Below the pieces are notes generated by a model. It ran no database searches, was not told the DNA's origin, and saw only the letters and a program-made list of their open reading frames with translations. 64,000 nucleotides of DNA from Eledone cirrhosa (Eukaryota). Of the stretch, positions 54,990 through 64,000 are shown piece by piece (position 1 is the first letter of the stretch; every line of letters starts with the position of its first letter). Where the stretch lies: positions 201,438,001 to 201,502,000 of the forward strand of contig OZ024743.1 in the NCBI GenBank assembly GCA_964016885.1, read 5' to 3'. A program made the position numbers and the translations under genes.

Positions 54990-55227
54990 AATAAACCTTT
55001 CAAGGATTTACACAAATCCAGCCTCCTGTCATTTCATTATAATATTATATATATATATATGTATATATATGCACACACATATATGTCATAATTTCACACA
55101 TATACACATAGAAAATCAAATATACGCATCTAGAAACCTACTCATATTTAAATAGATCTGTATATGTACAAATGTACACGGAAACATTGTTTCAAATTTG
55201 AACAGTAAGACGCAATCACTCCTCCCT

Positions 55228-55472
55228 CATCATCATCATCATCATCAACGTTTAACGTCCGTGTTCCACGCTTGCATGGGTTTGGACGGGGGTAGTCCCA
55301 CTTGAGGCAAGAGTGATTGTCTTGCTCGCATAGGACTGTCTGGCAGGTTTTCTATGGCTGGATGCCCTTACTAACACCAACCACATTTACAATGTGGAAC
55401 TGGGAACTTTTTACCGTGTTACCTACAAGGCCACATTACAGCATGGACTGTGTGTTTTGTCGTAACACCTAC
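55228..55472 (-). mobile_element. RTE family A 3' UTR fragment
   Basis: Matches 49655-49903. Confidence 0.85.
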
Positions 55473-55539
55473 GTGGACGTAAAATGAAATGATGATGATG
55501 ATGATATATATATATATGTATATATATATATATGCATGT

Positions 55540-56473
55540 ATATGTATACTACGGTGACAGTAATATCTGCGTACGCACCTCAATCCAGACTGCCCGGCAC
55601 TATAAAAGACAGATTCTATGAGATACTGATGCTCACTACCTCCCAAATAACCGACAGTGACTATATAATTATTGCAGGTGACCTAAATGGTCACGTTGGA
55701 CAACATTGTGACGGCTATGACGAAATCCATGGAGGCTATGGGTTTGGTACTAGAAATGAGGAAGGCTCCAGAATCCTGGAATTCTGTGACGCAAATAACC
55801 TAACTATCTGTAACACTAACTTCAAAAAACGTGACAATCACCTGATCACCTATAGATCCGGGGAACACACAAGCCAGGTAGATTATATCCTTACCAGAAG
55901 ACGTGACAGAGTGTCTGTTGTAAACACTAAATCCCTCCCCCTTGAAGAATGCACCTCCCAACATAGACTGATAATTAGCGACCTAATAGTCAGGACGAGA
56001 CGTGCTAGACAAAAGAAGAGGACTATCCTCAGGAGAAAAATATGGAAGCTAAAAAAAGCAGGCTTGGAAAGTATGGCGGGATGGGGGAAGTAGAGAAGAC
56101 TATTGGCGGTACTCAGCCATAGAGAAGACCCGCCTTACCTAAATACATAGTAAAACCTACTACAATCAGTAGGCATCTCTAACAAAATACACCCCCATCC
56201 CACCCCTTCCACACCGCCCCCTTCTATGTAAAGTTATGTTGGTGCCACACCATCCAGGCCGAAACAAATGAGATCGTGTAGGTGTCACGACAAAAAAACA
56301 CACAGTCCACGCTGTAATGTGGCCGTGTAGGCAAGACGGTAAAAACCTCCCAGACCCACACTGTAAATGAGGTTGGTGTTAGGAAGGGCATCCAGCTGTA
56401 GAAATCAAGCCAGAATCAGTTCCCGTCCCACCCTTGCAAGCAGGGAAAAGCGGACGTAAAATGATGATGATGA
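55540..56473 (+). mobile_element. Internally deleted chimeric RTE: APE fragment joined to the C-terminus and 3' UTR
   Basis: SAYAPQ, GDLNGHVG, GFGTRNEEG, QVDYIL, SQHRLI; then WRYSAIEKTRLT*; family A UTR switching to the SINE-B/RTE-C tail. Confidence 0.85.
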
Positions 56474-56482
56474 TATATATAT

Positions 56483-56646
56483 ATTGAAAGGATAACAAGG
56501 ACAATTGGTTACTCCTTCATTACATTTATTGGTAGGTGACGCACGTTTCGCCACTGATCAGCTCAAGCTTTGATCACAGATGTGAACCTAAACATCGAGT
56601 GCTCACCCAGGTGAACCTGCAGTAACTCCAAGTTACACTCCCTAGA
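56483..56646 (-). mobile_element. Probable short PLE end with the 3' half of an HHR
   Basis: Minus strand GAAAC-GUGC-GUC at 56538-56549; no intact CUGANGA or stem I; (TA)n flanks. Confidence 0.35.
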
Positions 56647-56652
56647 TATATA

Positions 56653-56784
<132 letters not shown>

Positions 56785-56786
56785 TA

Positions 56787-57587
56787 TGGCCATGTTCGAT
56801 ATGCAGAAAAGGAACTGGCATAAATTAAGAGATGTAGCGGGATAGCAGACAAACTAACAGGTAGGGAGAAATATGTATGCAGTAGATGTACAGGGAAATT
56901 AGACAGTAGAAGTCGCATTGATAGACACATTTTTCAAATGCAGGAGGGCGCTATAGATGTGGTGGATAGCTTCCGGTACCTAGGAGATCAGATTAGCATG
57001 GGAGGAGGGTGTTCCGAAGCCATAGTTTCTAGAATAAGGACGGGTTGGAAGAAGTTTAGGGAGCTGCTTCCTCTGTTGACGAAGAAGGGTTTCTCCCTGT
57101 GTACGAAAGGCCGGTTGTATGATACCTGTATGAGGAGCGCGATGCTGCATGGTAGTGAGACATGGGCAGCAACTGCAGAGGATATGCGACGGCTGGAGAG
57201 AAATGAGGCAAGCATGCTCCGTTGGATGTGCAGTGTAAATGTGCGTGAACGACCCAGCATAAATGTGTTGAGAGAGAAATTGTGTCTGAGAGGGATAGAA
57301 TGTAGTGTACGGGAGAGGAGACTGAGGTGGTATGGACATGTGATGCGCATGGAGGATGACCGATGGGTGAAGAAGTGCCAGGAAATGCCAGTTGAAGGAA
57401 GACGTGGTAGAGGTAGACCACGAAAAACATGGGCGGAAGTGGTGAGAACAGAACTCAGTTCATTGAAGCTCATGGTGGAGATGACGAAGGACCGTGACGA
57501 GTGGAGAGATGCTGTGCTGAATAAGACTCGTCCCACCCTTGCAAGCAGGGAAAAGCGGACGTAAAATGATGATGATGATGATGATGA
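56787..57587 (+). mobile_element. 5'-truncated RTE LINE, family C
   Basis: Partial PHD finger, then ORF 56938-57564 ending KTRPTLASREKRT* directly before (ATG)n. Confidence 0.92.
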
Positions 57588-59862
57588 TATATATATATAT
57601 ATATATGATTTAACATACCTTTGAAATATTACAAAATATTTGAAAAAAAAATTGTAATTTGATATGTTGTTAGGATCTTATACAGTTAGAGTAGAAAGTA
57701 CATTTATGAATTGCAATAGATTGCAAAATGATAGATAGAACATTGAAAATAAAGGGAAGAAAAGGAAAGAGAAAAAACATTAAAGATTTTAAAAGATGAA
57801 ATAATATATTGATTTAATTATAAACTATATTAATGATTTATGTAAATGAAATATATAAAAACTCTAAAGACAAAGAAAGAACAAGAAAACTAAATAAAAA
57901 GATATAGAGATAATATCATTATATAGTATACTGATCTAAATAAAACTTATATAAACAGTTAATGTAAAAACAAGAAAAGTATAACAAAATGTTAAGGAAA
58001 CAATAGAAAATTAAAATGAATTAGAAATAAATAGTTTTATAACAACTTTATATCGTCTTGATATAAAAATATTTGATTATCAATGGTTTGTACATATGCC
58101 GAGTTTCATTGTCATAGCATTAGTGGTTTAGAAATAAAGTAGAAGGAAGATGGATGGGGCTGTAGTCGCCCCCCTGGCTTAGGGAGCCCCTAAAACGCCC
58201 AGGTTTTATAGGGTTAATCAATCCATATTCAACAAATGATTGGTGTAAACGAGCATAATTGATGCCTTGATTTCTCTAGGTAAATATTCGATCAGATGGA
58301 CCTTTGTTTATTTTGAAAATGTGTGTTCCAGTTGTTTGTACCCTTAAAGTAATTCTCAGGGAGATTCAGTGTGTCATAGGTCTAGCCCTTTGGATTACAA
58401 GTACAGTCCTCTGATAGGCTTCCAAACTCTGTTTCTGTTTACCTAATTTCACTCAGAAGATATGGATCAACACATTGTATACAATGGAATTGAACCCAGA
58501 ACCTAATGATTTACCTTTGCTTTACCTTTGGCCATGCTGCATCCACTTACTGGTGAATGTACACACACACACACATGCATGTACACTCAAAGATATATAT
58601 ATATTTAATGGGCTTCCTCATGTTCTAGAAAATGAAGTTAGATATTGTTTATATTTATTTTAAAATCTCCCATTAAAATTTCATGTAAGAATCTTTGTTA
58701 TGTTATAAACACCAACTTAAAACAGAGCAAGTTAGTTATTTTACTAAACCCTTCCAAATACTTGATTATTTTCAAAGCTATTTGAAAATCCTAGGCAGTG
58801 TCATTCATTAGAAATATGATAACAAAAGGGTTAAACTCATTTGCAGTATGCATTTCATGCAACATCCTGCTGCATATTCAACAGATCCTAATTGATTTAT
58901 GAATGTTAGAAAGTAGTGCATATTTAGCAAGCTAGTCAGCATGAGGAAATTGAAAAATAAGAAATGGTCATGAGGTTAGGGTAGCTATTTGGTAAGAAGT
59001 GATGCAAGCTTATTTCCTGACTTGGGTTTCCCTGTCAAATCCTGTTGAAAGCATAATCTCTGATGTTCTGTATTTCCTTCTACTATTACACTTCTGTTTA
59101 CTTCAGTTATTTACACCAATTTTTGCTCAAGTCAGCAATCATTTCACATTGTTACTTTAGCCAGACTTCTTCAGTAAGTCTGGCGAAAGTTCATACACTG
59201 ATCTTTTTTTTCAACTTTTATTGAAGAATATATTTTATAATATTTTCTGTGACTTTCATGTGGTCATACAATATTGGGTATCATATACAAAGCAGGGAGT
59301 CAAATTTAGAAAGTTGAAATTTGGCTATGGTTTAGATCTACCATACAAGAACAAGTAAAGTCTACCTAAGACACTTCTCTGACAGTGTTCTTATCATCAT
59401 CATCATCATCCTCATTATCATTTAACGTCACTTTCCATGCTAGCATGGGTTTGACGAGTTGTCCCGTTTGAAGCAAGTTGGGTCAGGTGACTGTTTCTTG
59501 CTCACACAGAACTGTTTCTGGCTTGGTTTATATGGTTGGATGCTGTTGCTGATGATATAGGTATACATGACAGGTTTCTTTAATTCCTTTTTACTAACTT
59601 CCACCCAAGGCTATAGTAATAGAAACTAACTAAAGTTTCTGAACAATATGCTGAAAGCAATATCACGTGGTTGTGAAGTGAACTCCTTAACCATACAGCT
59701 ATCCAGAAATGTTGTTTTTATTACTGACGAAGAAGAAAAAATAATACTTTTCTTGACGAGTGTTATTTTATTTATTGTTGAAAATATAATTAAGGTTTAC
59801 TAAATTCAAGTTGTTTATTTTATGTTATAATCCAACTCTTACTAACAGGGAAAGCAAATATG

Positions 59863-60082
59863 AACGGTTTAGCATTTACATTACTCTATATATACTATTG
59901 TATTTTTACGGTAAAAGTTTTTTCTTACATGATTATCTCACATAATATCGAACCTACAAGATTTTGATGATATTATTTATTTTGAGAACAATAACTTAAC
60001 GTCAGTATGAGCTACCAGTTACAGCTGGTTTGAACAGAAAGAGGTGAGAGAATTCTGGCTGGTTTAAATGGTAAAGGTTTAA
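59863..60082. mobile_element. MITE, same family as 5908-6136
   Basis: Co-linear; ends tttagcattta and taaatggtaaa. Confidence 0.55.
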
Positions 60083-60320
60083 AAGATGATGATATTTCAT
60101 TCATATACAACAACCATCACATATGTATGACACGCATCTGAAAGAACATCCCAGCATCACTTACAAAGCTACTTGCTTTTCTTGTTGCTGTTGTAGTTGT
60201 AAATTGGTTTGTGTATGTATGTGTGTATGTCTGCACATGTGTGTGTGTGTGCGCATATGTTTGTATGTGTGTTCATGCACACATGTGTATGTGTGTGTTT
60301 GGTGACATCATTGTTTCTGT

Positions 60321-60560
60321 TTAACCCTATTGATACCAAACTGCCTGAGACTACTCCTTGTATTATAATACAAAACTGTTTTCAAAACTTTCCATCTCAG
60401 TTTAATGTAAGAACCTTCTTTAAGTTACATTCCAAATACTAAGTAAATTATAAGAAATCTTGTCATAGTACTAAATTTCTTGAAAAATTCTTGATTATTT
60501 TCAAAATTCTTTAAAAATGTTTAGCAGTGACTTTCATTAGGTATATGATAAGGAAAGGTT
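60321..60560. mobile_element. TTAA piggyBac-like MITE
   Basis: Starts ttaaccctattgatacc; reverse-complement relative of 5371-5610. Confidence 0.45.
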
Positions 60561-61264
60561 ATATTTATTTATTTATGTATTTATTTGTTTATTTGTTTAT
60601 GTATTTATTTGTTTATTTATTTATTTATTTGTTTACTTTTTCATTTAATTGTTTACTTATTTACTTATTTAGTTTTGCAGTGTATTTTCCTAAAATTATA
60701 TATTTGCTTCAGAAAAGTAACGTTCTTTGTATCACACTGTTTCTTCAATGAACTGTATTGCCTATCTTTTTCTTCTCTATCTATCTATCTATCTACATGT
60801 ATATATATACTTCTATGACCTCTGCTCATCACAGCAGCATTTTGTAATCCATTTTTTGAACTGCTTCACCCAACTCACAGTAATCCCGAAAAATCTTTAT
60901 GTTTTTCTTATATTTTCTTCTACAACACTACAGGTTTTACTGCAAGCATTTATACTAAGCAGAAACACACATATTTTACACTAACATAAAACACACAAAT
61001 ACATTCATAGACATTCACAGATATACAAACTGTTCCACTCCCACCCAACACTACCAAACGCCAATAGTTTCTCTGTTCTCCCTCAGTCGAAGACTATTTA
61101 TTCAGGTGGAAAACTTCAAAGTGAAGCTGTGATGTTATCAGAAGCTTTTCAAACCTGTCAAATATGACCCAGTAGCAAAACCACCACCACTTCATTCTCT
61201 CCCACCCACTAGGAAGTAAGTAGAATTAGCTCATTACACCCCTACCTCATCAACATTATATATA

Positions 61265-61330
<66 letters not shown>

Positions 61331-61362
61331 TATGTATATAAATATCTGGATTTACATATATA

Positions 61363-61420
<58 letters not shown>

Positions 61421-61966
61421 CATATATATATCATACCTATATATGTATATATAACTGCATACATTTATATCTATCTATCTATATATATATATAAGACGAT
61501 TATGTACGAATGTATATATACATGTATGTGAGGATTATGTATGGCTGTATATATAGATATTCATCTACATATAAAAGGGACATCACTAATGCTGAATTTT
61601 AGGCTGAAAATATTCCTGGCTAATATTTACTGTTTGTTTTATATTTTCCTTTGAACTTTCTAGAAGATCTTACTTACTAATATTGACATGATTCACAAAT
61701 TTCTATTTCTCCTTACGAACTGTTCACTCACCCTTTGCTTGGTGCTGTTGGTTACATTGGAGGTTAGTAAGTCTATTCTTGTTTTCATGGTGCTACTGAT
61801 GAACATTATAGGTAGCCAATGTAACTCGGATTCTTTCTATATACAGGGTGTCCTCCAAAACATGTATACAGACTTCAACAGCATTCTAATAAATATTACT
61901 TGTACAGGTAATGAAAGTGTGTATAACTGTATACTGTATATATAATGATGATGATGATGATGATGA

Positions 61967-62004
<38 letters not shown>

Positions 62005-62005
62005 C

Positions 62006-62261
<256 letters not shown>

Positions 62262-62382
62262 TATATATATATATATATATATTTATTAAAATAACAGATT
62301 AAAGTTTAAGCAAAGAATCGCTGCTTTCACCCTTAACGGGATCTTCTGAAACTAACAAAGTCAATCTGTAAACGCAGAATAT

Positions 62383-63440
62383 ATATAAAGATTTACATAT
62401 ACACAAACTAGATAAAGTGATAGATATGTTTTTGGCAACCATTCACGATGTGGCTTAATGATGAATTAATAAATTAAATAATCAGAGCAATATACTATAA
62501 ATTATGTCCTTAGAATCATTTGATAAAATATATACTCAATTTCCTCTCCCAATTAGTATAATCAACCACACAAAAAAACAATTAAACCAGGCTATAAGAT
62601 TAAAAGGCACCTGTGAAAAAATAATAGATAAATAAACGATAGCCATCTATTCGCGGTCAACAGCCATAGAATATTTACCAAGCATTTCAATAGCACATGG
62701 AAATCGATTAAATATATCGTCAACCATACACAATTAGGTATAAAATTAAAGTTAGAAGAAAAAATGCATATACTCTGATTATTTAATTTATCATTGAGGC
62801 ACATCGTGAATGGTTGCCAAAAACATATCTATGACTTTATCTAGTTTGTGTATATGTAAATCTTTATATTTGATAATCTCTCATAAGGTTGAGATGCAAT
62901 TTAGGCAATATTAGGCTGCGCTTTCTAGCAACCAGCCTACTAGCCATAAGGCACCAATCACATTCTTTCTAACTTGACCACTGCCATGTCACAGTTCTTA
63001 GCCATTTTGAATTTGTTTCTGGCGGGGATCATTTAAGAAAAATCTTTGTCCAAGTGAGTTTGTTTCCTGATGAGTTGGAAGCTCGAGAATTTATCCTTGA
63101 TAGGATATTTCCGAAAGTGAATGAAACCCTAAAGGGTAGAAACGTAATCCTAGTATGTGTATATGCATTTTTTCTTCTAACTTTAATTTTATACCTAATT
63201 GTGTATGGTTGACGATATATTTAATCGATTTCCATGTGCTATTGAAATGCTGGGTAAATATTCTATGGCTGTTGACCGCGAATAGATGGCTAATATTTAT
63301 TTATCTATTATTTCTTCAAAGGTGCTTTTAATCTTATAGCCTGGTTTAATTGTTTTTTTTGTGGTTGATTATACTAATTAGGAGAGGAAATTGAATATAT
63401 ATTTTATCAAATGATTCTAAGGACATAATTTATAGTATAT
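62383..63440 (+). mobile_element. Non-coding HHR element, family HH5: ~670 nt unit (62773-63440) preceded by an inverted permuted copy (62383-62772)
   Basis: 62383-62487 is the reverse complement of 62773-62869; 62491-62772 is the reverse complement of 63160-63439. Confidence 0.8.
63062..63143 (+). ncRNA. Type I hammerhead ribozyme with a long stem II
   Basis: GUUUC-CUGAUGA-[49 nt including the UAUCCU UGAU AGGAUA hairpin]-GAAA-CCC UAAA GGG-UA-GAAAC; GUA triplet, predicted cut between 63138 and 63139. Confidence 0.8.
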
Positions 63441-64000
63441 ATATATATATCATAATTATCATCCCCATCACCACATCCACCACCACCACCATCCTCATCA
63501 TCATTATCATCACCGTTTAATGTCCATTTTTCTATGCTAGTATGGGTTAGACGAGTTGTCCCATTGTGAGACAAGTCAGATCAGGTGTGTATATGTGTTG
63601 GCAAAGCTACAATTAGTTAAATTTGGTGAGTGTTATTGGTTGTGGTAGTTGTGATGGTGGTAGTAGTAGTAATATTAGTGTTGTTGCTGATGGTGGTAGT
63701 GGTACTGTTTGTGGTGTTGGTGATCATAGTGATGGTGATGGTTGTGATGGTGGTAGTAGTGGTGGTAGTGGTAGTGGTGGTGGCTGTGATTAGAAATAAT
63801 TTTATTCATGGAGGTGGTGTTGTTTGGCATTATAACCATACATGGTTACAGAACAGCTGAGTGACAAACTAAGATAACTCCTCCTCATGAACATTATCAA
63901 AATAATCACTTTCACCACCAGCACAAAATCATCACCCGCACCATCATCAGCACCACCACCAACACCACTATCATGATGATGATCATCATAATTAACACAA

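Larger units (their letters stand above)
54071..55046 (-). mobile_element. Foldback HHR element, family HH1: tail 54071-54208, arms 54209-54588 and 54667-55046
   Basis: ~380 bp near-identical inverted arms; same family as 969-1527. Confidence 0.85.

Noticed and set aside
61087-61215. Possible plus-strand exon (polypyrimidine-CAG acceptor, GTAAGT donor)
   Set aside because: Stops in all three frames and no recognisable protein; a UTR or non-coding exon cannot be excluded without RNA-seq.
61732-61836. Possible minus-strand exon KESELHWLPIMF..KQR with a GTGAGT donor
   Set aside because: The acceptor is supplied by a MITE end, LHWLPI resembles a LINE remnant, and no homology was recognised.

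Overview
AT-rich, microsatellite-dense eukaryotic non-coding DNA. The repeat types suggest an octopus or other coleoid cephalopod (inference). I found no convincing host protein-coding exon; almost every long ORF is a retroelement remnant or a simple-repeat artefact. Contents: one near-full-length Tx1/L1-clade LINE (10278-15997) with lesions in both ORFs; several 5'-truncated RTE LINEs, some with a PHD finger inside the RT; two R4/Dong-type RLE LINE fragments; two tRNA-derived SINE families; TTAA-flanked MITEs; and a ~7 kb block of (ACC)n and minisatellites. The most notable content is a set of Penelope-like (PLE) or retrozyme-like insertions in (TA)n tracts. About seven distinct families carry minimal type I hammerhead ribozyme (HHR) motifs. 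Most share a foldback-plus-3'-tail layout, and some show tandem or circularly permuted units of 520-670 nt. One copy begins 3 nt after the predicted ribozyme cleavage site. All folds and coordinates were read by eye and need computational confirmation.
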